The translations under genes and the position numbers were made by a program. A DNA stretch of 64,000 bases from Candidatus Komeilibacteria bacterium (GTDB taxonomy: Bacteria; Patescibacteriota; Patescibacteriia; UBA1558), in assembly GCA_048538275.1 (NCBI GenBank), contig JBLYPW010000001.1:113248-177247 (forward strand), given 5' to 3'. Of the stretch, positions 9,871 through 20,781 are shown one piece after another (position 1 is the first letter of the stretch; every line of letters starts with the position of its first letter). The notes below the pieces were generated by a model that saw only the letters and a list, made by a program, of their open reading frames with translations, was not told the DNA's origin and did no database searches.

Positions 9871-11130
9871 ATGTTTAATATCGACTATTGTGAGGATAGA
9901 TTGTATAATAGTTCTATGAATCAACGATATTTTTTTATTTTTGGTAATCATCCGGCTTTGGCAATGGCGGAAATTTTGGCAGTAGCTAGAGCAGATAAGA
10001 TTGACTTGACTATTGATTATAGCAATGACGAATTTGTTATTCTTTCCAGCGATAAAGATATTGGTATAGATTTTTTTGATCAGTTGGGTGGGAGTCAAAA
10101 ATATGGCGAGATCAAGGCAATGGACCATGATGTTGAAACTGATGGTTGGCCGCAGTGGTTACAGCCAAATAGTAAAGAGGAGAGATTTAATTTTGGTATA
10201 TCCCTTTATGGTCAGACAGCAAAAGCAAAACAACAGCCACTTTTCAAGCTTGGCTTAACAGAGAAGAAGCGGTGGCGTCAGGCTGGTTTTAGCGTACGCT
10301 TGGTGCAATCGCGTGAGCCGGCCTTATCCAGCGTGATTGTTAAAAAAGAAAATATTATCACTAAAGGTGCGGAGCTGGTGTGCTTATTGGCAGATGATTT
10401 GTCTTGGCTAGGGCAGACTTTGGCGGTACAAGATTTTGACAATTTTAGCCGACGTGATTATGGGAAGCCAGCACGCGATAGTCATAGTGGCATGTTGCCA
10501 CCTAAGTTGGCACGCATGATGTTAAATGTTAGCAGTGGGGATAAGGACAAAATCTTATTGGATCCTTTTTGTGGATCGGGCACTATTTTATTGGAAGCAA
10601 TGTCATTGGATTGGTATAAAATACAAGGTAGTGATCAGAGTGCCAAGGCAGTGGCTGATACCATTCAAAATACAAATTGGTATAAAGAAGATATTAATTA
10701 TCAAGGAGAATTATCCGTTAGACAATTGACAGTAGAAAATTTAGTAGAGCATTGGTCTGGTGATAGATTGCATACGGTTGTGACTGAGCCTTATTTGGGA
10801 CCGCCGCATACTCGTCCCTTGCCGGAGCAGGTAGCGGCTGATTTGGTAGCAGAGCTTACAGCTTTATATCAGCGGGCATTAGGTTCCTTGGCGCAGATTA
10901 TGCCGGCCGGCGCCGTCTTAGTGATGATAATCCCGGTTTTGTCCGGTCAGCGTAATATGCATTATTTGTCTTTGGCAAAGATTGCCTCATCTGAGCAATG
11001 GCATCTGGCTTGGCCTGGTCAAAGTCAATGGGAGCATTTATCTTCTTGGCAGGGCGAGCGACAGAGTTTTTTGTATAAACGTTCTCATCAGGTAGTGCAA
11101 AGAGAAATTGTGCGCTGGCGGCGTTTATAA
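9871..11130 (+). CDS. Trm11-like SAM-dependent RNA methyltransferase (start probably 9916)
   Basis: GMLPPKLARMM, DPFCGSGT, TEPYLGP. Confidence 0.75.
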   Translation: MFNIDYCEDRLYNSSMNQRYFFIFGNHPALAMAEILAVARADKIDLTIDYSNDEFVILSSDKDIGIDFFDQLGGSQKYGEIKAMDHDVETDGWPQWLQPNSKEERFNFGISLYGQTAKAKQQPLFKLGLTEKKRWRQAGFSVRLVQSREPALSSVIVKKENIITKGAELVCLLADDLSWLGQTLAVQDFDNFSRRDYGKPARDSHSGMLPPKLARMMLNVSSGDKDKILLDPFCGSGTILLEAMSLDWYKIQGSDQSAKAVADTIQNTNWYKEDINYQGELSVRQLTVENLVEHWSGDRLHTVVTEPYLGPPHTRPLPEQVAADLVAELTALYQRALGSLAQIMPAGAVLVMIIPVLSGQRNMHYLSLAKIASSEQWHLAWPGQSQWEHLSSWQGERQSFLYKRSHQVVQREIVRWRRL

Positions 11131-11187
11131 AACTATTGTCTCTGAAGATAGTTTTGTGTTATAATTTAAGGGTTAAAACCCTTTTTT

Positions 11188-12264
11188 ATGAATGAATTTA
11201 TCGTTAAAGAATACGCCGTTAAAGATAAACAAGGTAATTTTAAAATTTGGCAAAAAGGCCGCTTGCGTGATTATCATGAATGGTTAACGGAACAAGCTAG
11301 TTTAGCCGCAGCAGAAAATAGCGATAGTCGGGCTATGCTTGATACTGGCATGGAAGAGCCGCGTTTAGCTCCGCCGCCACCTGTTATTATCGCACCCACA
11401 CCGGCGATAAAGAAGTTTAGTCTGGATAAGATTGTAGACAAACTGAATGCTAAGTACCAATGGCAGTGGGACAATGAAGATTTAGCTACTTTTAAAAAAT
11501 TATTGTTTTCTTATTTTCGCGATGTACGAGAAGCTTCTGATTTACGTCAGCTTTTAGAACGTAAATTAGCTGGCTCCGGTGGAGTTCTAGCCAATACAGA
11601 TTTGGATGATTTATTGCATAATATTAAGAAAATCAACGCCCAGATTAAAGCTGCTAAAGGCCAAGTGATAAGTTTGGATAATGAAAGTAAGCGTTTGCAG
11701 TCAGAGCCGAGTGTCCAAGCTAAAATCGCGCAAGCGCAAGCTGAAGCACGTCAGCAAATCGCCCAAGATATGAATCGTGGTCGGGCGCCGATAGAGCAGG
11801 CAGCTAAGCAGACTAATGAGCCGGAATTTGTAGTGCCAGATAAACCGGTTAAAGATCATGGTTGGCATTTGTTTAAAAAACGAGAAGCTACTGTGCCAGC
11901 TGGCAAAGTAGCAATGCAAGAAGTTGCTAGTTTTAGTAAGTTAGTGGGGCCGGTAGATGAATTACGCCAATTATCTTTGTCTGTCTGGCGACGCTTGGGA
12001 CCTGATTCCACTACCATTATTAATAAAATAAAACAGCGTATAGAAAGCTTAGGAGCAGATTCATTGGCAAAGCGTTTGGCGGCTATCAAAGCCTGGCAAG
12101 CGAGCGCAGTATATAAAGAATATGTTGATTTGGGGCGAGCTAGTTTGGAGGAAGGCTTGCCAGTAGATACTATTATACAAAGGCGTCAGAGTGCTGGACA
12201 AGAAACGCTTACGGTACAGGAATTTTCCGCCATTTCTGATCTAAATGGACAATTACGTTTTTAA
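11188..12264 (+). CDS. Conserved hypothetical protein upstream of prgI-like gene
   Basis: 358-aa ORF, 3 bp from the next gene. Confidence 0.7.
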   Translation: MNEFIVKEYAVKDKQGNFKIWQKGRLRDYHEWLTEQASLAAAENSDSRAMLDTGMEEPRLAPPPPVIIAPTPAIKKFSLDKIVDKLNAKYQWQWDNEDLATFKKLLFSYFRDVREASDLRQLLERKLAGSGGVLANTDLDDLLHNIKKINAQIKAAKGQVISLDNESKRLQSEPSVQAKIAQAQAEARQQIAQDMNRGRAPIEQAAKQTNEPEFVVPDKPVKDHGWHLFKKREATVPAGKVAMQEVASFSKLVGPVDELRQLSLSVWRRLGPDSTTIINKIKQRIESLGADSLAKRLAAIKAWQASAVYKEYVDLGRASLEEGLPVDTIIQRRQSAGQETLTVQEFSAISDLNGQLRF

Positions 12265-12267
12265 GTT

Positions 12268-12723
12268 ATGCAAAAGTTTATTGTTCCCCAATTTATTGAT
12301 GTAGAAAGTAAAATAATCGGGCCTATCACCACTCGTCAATTTGTTATTACTCTAGTGGGCTTATTATTTGGCTTTATTGCTTATAAATTGTCAGATTTTA
12401 CTTTATTTTTTTTGGAGGCAATCATCATATTTGTTATAGTGGCAGCCTTTGCTTTTGTAAAAGTCAACGCCGCTCCTTTTCATGTTTTTTTACTAAATTT
12501 TTTAAAAACTTCTTTTGCTCCCAATTTAAGAGTATGGAAAAGAGAAAAATGGCAAGCGACCGCTAAAAAAGAAGAGGATAAAAAAGAAGATGAGCCAGAG
12601 CATCCGCCGCGTCGTAGATTAACGGCCTCACGCTTATCCGAGCTAGCTTTGATTATAGATACCGGCGGCGCTTATAGTGGTGAGGATATTATCAATTCAC
12701 AAAGTCAAGATAATGAAAAATAA
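12268..12723 (+). CDS. PrgI family (VirB3-like) membrane protein
   Basis: VPQFIDVESKIIGPITTRQF followed by two TM helices. Confidence 0.85.
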   Translation: MQKFIVPQFIDVESKIIGPITTRQFVITLVGLLFGFIAYKLSDFTLFFLEAIIIFVIVAAFAFVKVNAAPFHVFLLNFLKTSFAPNLRVWKREKWQATAKKEEDKKEDEPEHPPRRRLTASRLSELALIIDTGGAYSGEDIINSQSQDNEK

Positions 12724-13393
12724 AAAAGCTAAAAATCAAGGTTTGCCTAGTACGGAAAAATATTTATTTGCGGAAACGGTACGTGACGACACCGTAGTTT
12801 TGAAAAATGGCGGATTGCGAGCAATATTGATGACTTCTTCTATAAACTTTGCTTTGAAAAGCGAAGATGAACAGCAAGGTATTTTGCAAGGGTATGTTTC
12901 TTTGTTGAATTCTATTGATTTTCCTTTGCAGATTGTAGTGCAGTCTCGTCCTTTAAAGATTGATAACTATTTATCAAGCATGGATAAGCGGATGACGGAA
13001 ATTGATAATGAACTTTTACGCGTACAGCTACAGGATTATAAAAAATATATCACTGAGCTTTTAAGTCTAGGTGATATTATGAGTAAAAAGTTTTACTTGG
13101 TTGTGCCCTATGAGCCGGGAGGCGGAGGGGGAAAGAAGAATTTTTGGACACAAGTAACAGAAGTATTTTCTTCTCGTTCCATTATAAATCTTAGTCGCAA
13201 ACAGTTTAATGAATATAAAGATGAATTAGAGCGTCGTGTTAGCTTGGTCATGGCTGGCCTAAATAATATGGGCTTATCATCAGTTCGTTTGGATACGCAA
13301 GGCCTGATTGAATTACTTTATAACAGCTACAATCCATTGATATCCAATTGGCAAAAATTACCAGACATTAATGAGTTGAATTTAGAAAAATAA
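12677..13393 (+). CDS. VirB4/TraC-associated protein (start probably 12713)
   Basis: SINFALKSEDEQ, FPLQIVVQSR; lies between prgI-like and virB4-like genes. Confidence 0.7.
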   Translation: MVRILSIHKVKIMKNKKAKNQGLPSTEKYLFAETVRDDTVVLKNGGLRAILMTSSINFALKSEDEQQGILQGYVSLLNSIDFPLQIVVQSRPLKIDNYLSSMDKRMTEIDNELLRVQLQDYKKYITELLSLGDIMSKKFYLVVPYEPGGGGGKKNFWTQVTEVFSSRSIINLSRKQFNEYKDELERRVSLVMAGLNNMGLSSVRLDTQGLIELLYNSYNPLISNWQKLPDINELNLEK

Positions 13394-13396
13394 ATT

Positions 13397-15253
13397 ATGC
13401 GTATTCCTAACCAAACTAATAAAATAATGAGTAGTGAGGCGCCGGAAAGTCAATCTCAAGATAAGGAGCTTTTACAGGCAGAAAAAACTTTTCGGGAGGG
13501 CATGACAACGGTGCGAGAATTAGTCGCCCCTTCTAGTATGAAGGTGGATAAAGACAATTTACGATTGGGACAAAAATATGTACGCACAGTTTTTGTTATT
13601 AATTACCCGCGTTATATCAGCTTAGGGTGGTTTACACCGATTATCAATTTGAATGCAGAATTAGACATAGCTATGTATTTTTATCCGGTGGAATCAAAAG
13701 TAGTGCTTAAGCAGTTGAAAAATAAAGTTGGTGCTTTGGAGGCGGAGATAGTAGCAGATTCGGAAAAGGGCGCGCCACGAGATCCGATGAAAGAGACAGC
13801 TTTACGAGATATTGAAAGCTTACGTGATGATTTGACGCAGGGGATTGAGAAATTTTTCCAATTTGCTCTTTATGTCACAATTTATGCCGATAATGTTGAA
13901 GAATTAGATCAATTGAACGATCAAGTAGAGTCTATTATTGGTGCCAAATTAGTAATGTCAAAAAGAGCTTTGTATCAAGCAGAACAGGGTTTTAATTCTA
14001 GTTTGCCTTTGGGTAATGACGAATTGATGATATCCAATAATTTAAACTCCTCACCGGCGGCTGCTTCTTTTCCTTTTATTTCCTCTGATTTAACTTCGGA
14101 TAGCGGCATTCTTTATGGCATCAATCGTCACAATAATAGTTTGATAATTTTTGACAGATTTTCTTTACAAAACGCAAACTCTTGTGTATTTGCAACTTCT
14201 GGCGCGGGCAAAAGCTATGCCGTAAAATTGGAAGCTTTGCGCAGCTTGATGATGGGTACCGATGTTATTATTATTGATCCAGAAAGTGAGTATAAATATT
14301 TGGCCGACGCCGTGGGAGGCACTTATATTAATATTTCTTTAAACTCTGATAGCAAGTTAAATCCTTTTGATTTGCCCCGGGGAGTGGGTGGAGAATCCAA
14401 AGCGGCAGACATTATTCGTAGCGCTATTATCACTATCAAGGGTTTGTTGAAAATCATGCTGGGAGAGTTTACTCATCAGGAAGATTCTTTATTGGATAGA
14501 GCTATTTTAGAAACTTATGCCAAAAAAGATATTGGACCGGATAGTGATTTATCTAATGTGGAGCCGCCGATTTTAAGCGATTTAGAACAAATATTATCTG
14601 GTATGGAGGGTGGTGAAGACTTAGCCCTACGTTTGAAAAAATATACCGAAGGTACTTTTTCTGGTTTGCTCAACAATTTTACTAATGTGGATATGAACAA
14701 TCAGCTAGTTGTCTTTTCGGTGCGAGATTTAGAGGATGAGTTGCGTCCGATTGGGGTTTATACGATTGTAAACTATATCTGGAATATAGTACGTTCGCAA
14801 ATGAAAAAACGTATTTTAGTGATTGATGAAGCGTGGTGGTTGATGCAGCATGAAGACTCCGCCAAGTTTATTTTTGCTTTGGTTAAACGTTGTCGCAAAT
14901 ATTATTTGGGCGTTACTACTATCACTCAAGATGTTAATGATTTTTTGGGCAACAAATATGGTCGCGCCATTGTGACTAATTCGGCTTTACAAATATTATT
15001 AAAACAATCTTCGGCTGCCATTGATAATGTTCAGAAAACATTTATGTTGACGGAGGGGGAAAAATATTTACTTTTGGAGGGTGGCGTTGGTACGGGTATA
15101 TTTTTTGCCGGTAGTAAGCATGCTGCCATCCAAGTAGTGGCATCTTATGCAGAGGATCAAATTATTACTTCCGACCCACGTCAGTTATTAGAAATTGAGG
15201 AGGCAAAAAAGGAATTTGCTGCCGATCAAAAAGCTAAACAAAATAATGCTTAA
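13397..15253 (+). CDS. VirB4-like type IV secretion ATPase
   Basis: ATSGAGKS Walker A, IIDPESEY, VIDEAW Walker B, RKY...TQD. Confidence 0.92.
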   Translation: MRIPNQTNKIMSSEAPESQSQDKELLQAEKTFREGMTTVRELVAPSSMKVDKDNLRLGQKYVRTVFVINYPRYISLGWFTPIINLNAELDIAMYFYPVESKVVLKQLKNKVGALEAEIVADSEKGAPRDPMKETALRDIESLRDDLTQGIEKFFQFALYVTIYADNVEELDQLNDQVESIIGAKLVMSKRALYQAEQGFNSSLPLGNDELMISNNLNSSPAAASFPFISSDLTSDSGILYGINRHNNSLIIFDRFSLQNANSCVFATSGAGKSYAVKLEALRSLMMGTDVIIIDPESEYKYLADAVGGTYINISLNSDSKLNPFDLPRGVGGESKAADIIRSAIITIKGLLKIMLGEFTHQEDSLLDRAILETYAKKDIGPDSDLSNVEPPILSDLEQILSGMEGGEDLALRLKKYTEGTFSGLLNNFTNVDMNNQLVVFSVRDLEDELRPIGVYTIVNYIWNIVRSQMKKRILVIDEAWWLMQHEDSAKFIFALVKRCRKYYLGVTTITQDVNDFLGNKYGRAIVTNSALQILLKQSSAAIDNVQKTFMLTEGEKYLLLEGGVGTGIFFAGSKHAAIQVVASYAEDQIITSDPRQLLEIEEAKKEFAADQKAKQNNA

Positions 15254-15264
15254 TTTATAAATAT

Positions 15265-15834
15265 ATGTATTGGACACGTAGAAAAATGATAATAATAGGA
15301 GCGGTGATTCTTTTGGTCATTATTGTATTGATTGTATTGTGGTTTGTTTTACGTTCCAGCCAACCTAATGATAATGGTTTGAACAATGGTCCTCAAGTGT
15401 ATGACTCTAGTAATGCCGATCAGGTTGTTTTACCCAGTCTGCCCAGCAAGACAGAGGTGTCACCGCTAAGTCAGGGAGCAGCCACTTTAGCGCGTAATTT
15501 TGTTGAACGTTATCTAAGTTTTTCCAATGATGCTTGGGGCTCTAATTTGAGCATTTTGCAAAGCCAGATGTCAGTTGTGATGCAACAGACTAGTGAGCAG
15601 GATCTGCGTAATTGGCAAAACCAATACCCGGCGGGAAGTTTTTATGGGGTTAGCACTAAGGTATTAAGTCAAGAACAGCTTAGCGCGAGTGAAGATTATT
15701 ATTCTGCCCGTTTGACGGTCCAACAAGAAGAGACCGCCGGCAGCGAAGTTAGTATTAGCCGCCATCAGTATGATATTAAAATGCGGCAAGCTCAAGGAGA
15801 ATGGTATGTTAATGATTTAATTAAGGTTGACTAA
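15265..15834 (+). CDS. Membrane-anchored hypothetical protein (possibly VirB8/NTF2-like)
   Basis: N-terminal TM, ARNFVERY, C-terminal W..D. Confidence 0.55.
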   Translation: MYWTRRKMIIIGAVILLVIIVLIVLWFVLRSSQPNDNGLNNGPQVYDSSNADQVVLPSLPSKTEVSPLSQGAATLARNFVERYLSFSNDAWGSNLSILQSQMSVVMQQTSEQDLRNWQNQYPAGSFYGVSTKVLSQEQLSASEDYYSARLTVQQEETAGSEVSISRHQYDIKMRQAQGEWYVNDLIKVD

Positions 15835-16073
15835 TGTCAGAAGATAAGGCAGAGCAATTTAGGGATGAGATGGCTAGTGCCCGGCAGGCTGCTCAGCATC
15901 AATCAGCCACTTCGGCGGCAGTTGATATTGCAAAAGATCAGATCAAGAAGCGCGCCACCCGACAAATATTGATCTGGGTCGGGGGCGTGGTGGCGGCGGT
16001 ATTGCCTTGGGTGTTATTAATATTATTTATCTTAGCTATCATAATAGGCGTGTATAATGAATATATTTCTTAA
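15834..16073 (+). CDS. Small membrane protein
   Basis: Translationally coupled ORF with hydrophobic C-terminus. Confidence 0.65.
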   Translation: MSEDKAEQFRDEMASARQAAQHQSATSAAVDIAKDQIKKRATRQILIWVGGVVAAVLPWVLLILFILAIIIGVYNEYIS

Positions 16074-16076
16074 TAT

Positions 16077-17309
16077 ATGATGAACGATCGGACAAAAAAA
16101 ATATTATTTATTGTAGGTTTTGTTATTATTACAATTTTATTAGCTTGGGCTTTGTATAGTTTATTTTTTAGTAGTTCGGTTATTGATAATGTTCCGGTTA
16201 ACAATGCTAATCAGCCGGTTGGCGGTTTGCCTTCTATAAATAATGGTGGGACAAATCGAGTGACGCAGCCAAGTAATAATATTGCTAATCAGAGTGGTTA
16301 TTCGGGTTTGCCATCTACTGGTGTATCTGCTCAGACAGCAAAACCAATAAGCGAGATAACTGACCAACCTGTACAGTCGGTCACAGTTGGTTCACAAGGA
16401 GAGGTGGCTTGGTATGATCAAGGGGATGGCAAGTTTTATAAATTACAAAGTGGTCAGGTACAAAGCATGAGTGATAAAACATTTCCGCAGGCAGAAGCGG
16501 TTAGTTGGTCACCACAGGCTGATAAAGCAATAGTGGAATATCCCGACGGCTATAATATACTTTACGATTTTGTTAAACAAAAACAGATTAGCTTGCCTAA
16601 GGAGATGACTGATTTTACTTTTTCTGGCAGTGGTCAGCAGATTGCTGCTAAGGTAGTTACCGACAATCCTGATAATAATTGGATTGTAACTGCCAATTAT
16701 GACGGTAGCGGATTGCAGTTTATAGAGCATATCGGCGACAAGAGCCGGGATGTACAAATGGATTGGTCGCCAGCTGGCGAGATAATTGCTACTTATCGGG
16801 AGGGCGTGGATTTTGAAAGACAAGAGGTTTATCCCATTGGTCAATCAGGTTCTAATATTAAATCACTGAAAACAGATGGTAGAGGATTTGTCAGTAAGTG
16901 GTCACCGCAAGGTAATTTGATTGTTTATAGCGTGTATAATAGTTTTAGCGGTTATCGGCCGGTATTATACGTGGCGGATATGGGTGGTGATTGGACTGGT
17001 TCTTATTATTTGAATTTAGGATTGCAGAGTTGGCCGGATAAGTGCGTTTTTAATTCTACTAGTCAAAAGTTGTATTGCGCCGTACCTGATGATTTACCTG
17101 AGTTATCCGGTATTTATCCGGAACTGGCCGATGATAGTAGCGATATTTTTTATGAAATTAACTTATCTACTGGCAATAAGCGTATATTACCTCTTGCCAC
17201 TGGTTCGGATAAAGTGCAAGCAACAGATTTGCGTTTGTCTGCTAATGAGGATAAACTATATTTTATTAACAAAGAAACAGGGCGTTTGACGGAAATTAAT
17301 TTGCGTTAG
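16077..17309 (+). CDS. Membrane-anchored TolB-like beta-propeller protein
   Basis: N-terminal TM and repeated WSP motifs. Confidence 0.75.
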   Translation: MMNDRTKKILFIVGFVIITILLAWALYSLFFSSSVIDNVPVNNANQPVGGLPSINNGGTNRVTQPSNNIANQSGYSGLPSTGVSAQTAKPISEITDQPVQSVTVGSQGEVAWYDQGDGKFYKLQSGQVQSMSDKTFPQAEAVSWSPQADKAIVEYPDGYNILYDFVKQKQISLPKEMTDFTFSGSGQQIAAKVVTDNPDNNWIVTANYDGSGLQFIEHIGDKSRDVQMDWSPAGEIIATYREGVDFERQEVYPIGQSGSNIKSLKTDGRGFVSKWSPQGNLIVYSVYNSFSGYRPVLYVADMGGDWTGSYYLNLGLQSWPDKCVFNSTSQKLYCAVPDDLPELSGIYPELADDSSDIFYEINLSTGNKRILPLATGSDKVQATDLRLSANEDKLYFINKETGRLTEINLR

Positions 17310-17332
17310 ACGTTGGACCAGGGGACAGCATT

Positions 17333-18496
17333 ATGTTCAAAAAAAATAGAGCAAATAAATTTATCACAGGTGTATTAGCTGGTTTTTTATTGCTGTTTGG
17401 CTTGGTTTGGTTTAGTGCGATTGGGCAAGCCGCTAATGAAGGCATAAAATTTGTACCGCAGACTACTATACCGGGTGTTACCAAAGCTGGCGATACAAAT
17501 TTTACAGTAACGCCGGATACATTAGGAAACTATATTAATGCTATATATCAATACGGCGTGGGTGTTGTTGCAGTCTTAGCGGTGGTAATGATCATGTTGG
17601 GTGGTTTTAAGTGGATATTTTCTGGCGGTAGTGCCGAGCGCATAAGCTCTGCCAAAGGTACTATTACTAATGCAATTGTTGGTTTGATTTTGGTGTTGAC
17701 TTCTTGGTTATTGTTATCCACTATCAATCCGGCCTTAGTTGTTTTCCCTTCTTTACAAGCGCCAAAACCTAATCTTGTAGCCGGCGACTGCCCGATGTTG
17801 TTAAAAGATAATAACTTTGTTCGACAGTGTAGCGATTTTAATAATATAGGAGATTATTTGAAGACGACGGAGAGTGCTAAAACCATTCAAGACTATTGTC
17901 TTGATCAAGACGCGCAAGCGGCCTGCGGATTGCCAAAAAAGCTTTGTTATTGGGATGACGGTGAAAATTTATGCGCCTCCATAGTAGAGAAAGAATGTGC
18001 TACTGCTTCTGATTGCCAATTTAATGATGAAACCTTTATTTGTGAGAAAAAAACTAATCATTGTTCGCTCGGAGTAGAGGGGTCTTATTGTCTGAGGAAT
18101 GACGAATGTACGAGTGAATCCAATTTAATTTGTGCTTTCGGTGAGTGTGTTAAAGACGGAGATCATGGTTTTTTTAATGGAACTTGGAGACCAGAAACAG
18201 AGTGGCAAACAGGAATAGATTGTCCACCCGGTTATGTGGGGGAGACTGATTCAGATTCTCCTGATGGTGGTGGTAATTGTATAAGAAGAGCCCCTCTGTG
18301 TGATATTCAGCAGGATTGTTTTTCTAATTCTGGTGATTATATTGGTTGGACAGATAGCGCTATGACTCTTCTAAAGAATGATTGCGGGACTGAGGGCGAT
18401 GTCAAAAGATGTGATTGCGATTCAGATAAAGGATGTAGCTCAGGGAGATGTATCAATACGCGAAACGGGCAAAATGATGTATGTTATCCAGACTAG
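17333..18496 (+). CDS. TrbC/VirB2-like pilin with Cys-rich C-terminal extension
   Basis: LAVVMIMLGGFKW..SGG...AK..I.NAIVGL...INP pilin signature; many Cys in the C-terminal part. Confidence 0.8.
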   Translation: MFKKNRANKFITGVLAGFLLLFGLVWFSAIGQAANEGIKFVPQTTIPGVTKAGDTNFTVTPDTLGNYINAIYQYGVGVVAVLAVVMIMLGGFKWIFSGGSAERISSAKGTITNAIVGLILVLTSWLLLSTINPALVVFPSLQAPKPNLVAGDCPMLLKDNNFVRQCSDFNNIGDYLKTTESAKTIQDYCLDQDAQAACGLPKKLCYWDDGENLCASIVEKECATASDCQFNDETFICEKKTNHCSLGVEGSYCLRNDECTSESNLICAFGECVKDGDHGFFNGTWRPETEWQTGIDCPPGYVGETDSDSPDGGGNCIRRAPLCDIQQDCFSNSGDYIGWTDSAMTLLKNDCGTEGDVKRCDCDSDKGCSSGRCINTRNGQNDVCYPD

Positions 18497-18793
18497 CGGG
18501 AGATTATTTGATATTAATTTAGATTTGTCATCATTTATAATTTTAAGATAAAAGGGTCGTTTTTATAGGCGAGTCCCTTTTATTATGTCTAAAAAATGAC
18601 AATTTTATTAAGACCTGTATTAAAATATTTATCGTCGGAGAAGGGTGATAGATTCTATTTTTTATAGATAATGAATATTGTGTACTTTTGTTCAGTAAGT
18701 TATTAAACAAATCAAGCGTAGTTTAAGTTTAAGAAAAAATGTTGTAGCCATTATGAGATTTGACAACCAGTCAATACAGCTTATAATAGATTT

Positions 18794-20128
18794 ATGACTA
18801 ATAAGAATGTAACAATTTTTGCTTGCAGTAAATGTGGCGCCCAGTACCCAAAGTGGACCGGGCGCTGTTTGGAATGCGGCAGTTGGGGTACGGTAACGGA
18901 AGAAAATAGCAGTCCCGCCGGTAAAGTTGAGCAAAAGATAGATAATAAAAGAGCGCAAGCGCCCGTAGCTTTGTCTACTTTAACGAGTGGTGATTTGAGC
19001 AGAATTTCTAGTGGTTTTTCTGAATTAGATCGTGTTTTGGGTGGTGGCTTAATTAGTGGTAGTATGATTTTATTGGGCGGTGATCCCGGCATTGGTAAAT
19101 CCACTTTGGCTTTGCAATTAGCCGGCAATATAAAGGAAGCTTTATATGTGTCTGCTGAAGAGTCCGGTGGTCAGGTTAGTCAGCGATGGCAGCGTTTGGG
19201 AAAGGGAAAAGATATAAAATTTTTAAATAGCAATAACTTGGAGGATATTATCGCCACTATCAGTAAAGAAAAGCCATCATTGGTGGTGATAGATTCAATT
19301 CAAACGATTTATTCTGAGGTGGTTAGCGGTGAGGCGGGTAATATCAGTCAGGTGCGGGCTTGTACCGTTCAGCTATTAAGTTTCGCTAAGCAGCTGGATA
19401 TAACAATTGTTATTATTGGTCACGTCACCAAAGAAGGAGTGATGGCTGGCCCCAAGACTTTGGAGCATTTGGTGGACACGGTATTATATTTGGAAGGTGA
19501 TAAGTATCAACAGTATCGTTTATTGCGGGCAGTTAAGAACCGTTTTGGGCAGACCGGTGAAGTGGCTTTATGGGAAATGGCGGCTAAAGGTTTACAGCAA
19601 ATTACCAATCCCTCTGCTTTATTATGGTCGGATAAAAAAGTAGCCGGCGCAGTTGGCACGGCCATGGTAGAGGGTAGTCGGGTATTATTGGTGGAAGTTC
19701 AGGCCTTGGTAAATAAAACCAGTTTTGGTTATCCTCGGCGGTTGGCTTCCGGTTTTTCTAATCAGCGACTAGAGGTTATATTAGCGGTATTGGCTAAAAA
19801 GTTAAAATTACCTTTGTCCAATTATGATGTTTATATAAATATTGCCGGTGGCCTACAATTACGTGAGCCGGCACTTGATTTGGCGGTAGCAGCAGCAATT
19901 ATGTCGGCTTATTATGATAAGCCTTTTCCGTCCAGCAGTATTATATTTGGCGAAATTGGCTTGTCCGGTGAATTACGAGCAGTGGTAAAGACTAAGTCGC
20001 GTGTTAAAGAAGCTTTACGGTTGGGAGTGGAGCGGGTTTATTTACCTACCTTACCTAAAGAGGTGAGGGCCAATAAACAACTTATGAGTTTGGCGGATTT
20101 GTCAGCCGTGGTAAAGCTTTTTAAGTAA
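18794..20128 (+). CDS. radA: DNA repair protein RadA/Sms
   Basis: C4 zinc finger, GDPGIGKST, KNRFG, Lon-like C-terminus. Confidence 0.97.
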   Translation: MTNKNVTIFACSKCGAQYPKWTGRCLECGSWGTVTEENSSPAGKVEQKIDNKRAQAPVALSTLTSGDLSRISSGFSELDRVLGGGLISGSMILLGGDPGIGKSTLALQLAGNIKEALYVSAEESGGQVSQRWQRLGKGKDIKFLNSNNLEDIIATISKEKPSLVVIDSIQTIYSEVVSGEAGNISQVRACTVQLLSFAKQLDITIVIIGHVTKEGVMAGPKTLEHLVDTVLYLEGDKYQQYRLLRAVKNRFGQTGEVALWEMAAKGLQQITNPSALLWSDKKVAGAVGTAMVEGSRVLLVEVQALVNKTSFGYPRRLASGFSNQRLEVILAVLAKKLKLPLSNYDVYINIAGGLQLREPALDLAVAAAIMSAYYDKPFPSSSIIFGEIGLSGELRAVVKTKSRVKEALRLGVERVYLPTLPKEVRANKQLMSLADLSAVVKLFK

Positions 20129-20189
20129 ATAGTTATTTAATTTAAAAAAACCCACCGAGTAAGACCCGGTGGGAGGTTTTGTTGATTTT

Positions 20190-20618
20190 TCAGTCCTTGC
20201 GCCCATTGTTTTTGAGCTTTTCTTGCTCTTTGCAATGAGCATGCTTGGTGGCAATTGGAGTGGTAATGATCCTTTCCCACTCAATGACCTTGTTGCATTG
20301 AGTACAGATTCCGAACTTTTCGGTTTCTATACTTTCCAGGGCCACTTGTAGCCTATGCAAATATTCATATGCACGGTGCGTGGCATGAGCATTGAGCGTT
20401 TTTGAAAACGCTTGGTTTTCATCACGCTCGTTTTGGAGGACATATTCTTCTTTGGCAAAGTTTATGTCATCCTGACGGTCCTGGGCATCATCATAGATTT
20501 TCTGGCGGACCTGTTGTTTCCAATCACTGGGCCAGCCATTGGCTTCGCGAATGTCGTGAATGTCGTTGAAGTTGGACGAAGCTGTTTGCGGTGTAGCCGC
20601 TGTAATTACTTCTGACAT
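20190..20618 (-). CDS. DksA/TraR-like zinc-finger protein
   Basis: ALESI...FGICTQC...ER...P.A..H..C. Confidence 0.65.
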   Translation of the reverse strand: MSEVITAATPQTASSNFNDIHDIREANGWPSDWKQQVRQKIYDDAQDRQDDINFAKEEYVLQNERDENQAFSKTLNAHATHRAYEYLHRLQVALESIETEKFGICTQCNKVIEWERIITTPIATKHAHCKEQEKLKNNGRKD

Positions 20619-20781
20619 AAGAATTCCTCTTATTTTTTGGTGTTATTTTCTTGCCTTGTTCAATCCAGAAAATAACCTCAGTCAGTAGCAATGGAAATCA
20701 ATTCCCATAAAAGTCCCTCCTATCCTGCACAAGTTAAAAGAACAATATATATAAAGTAGCAAGAATTTATTTTTTTGTCAA

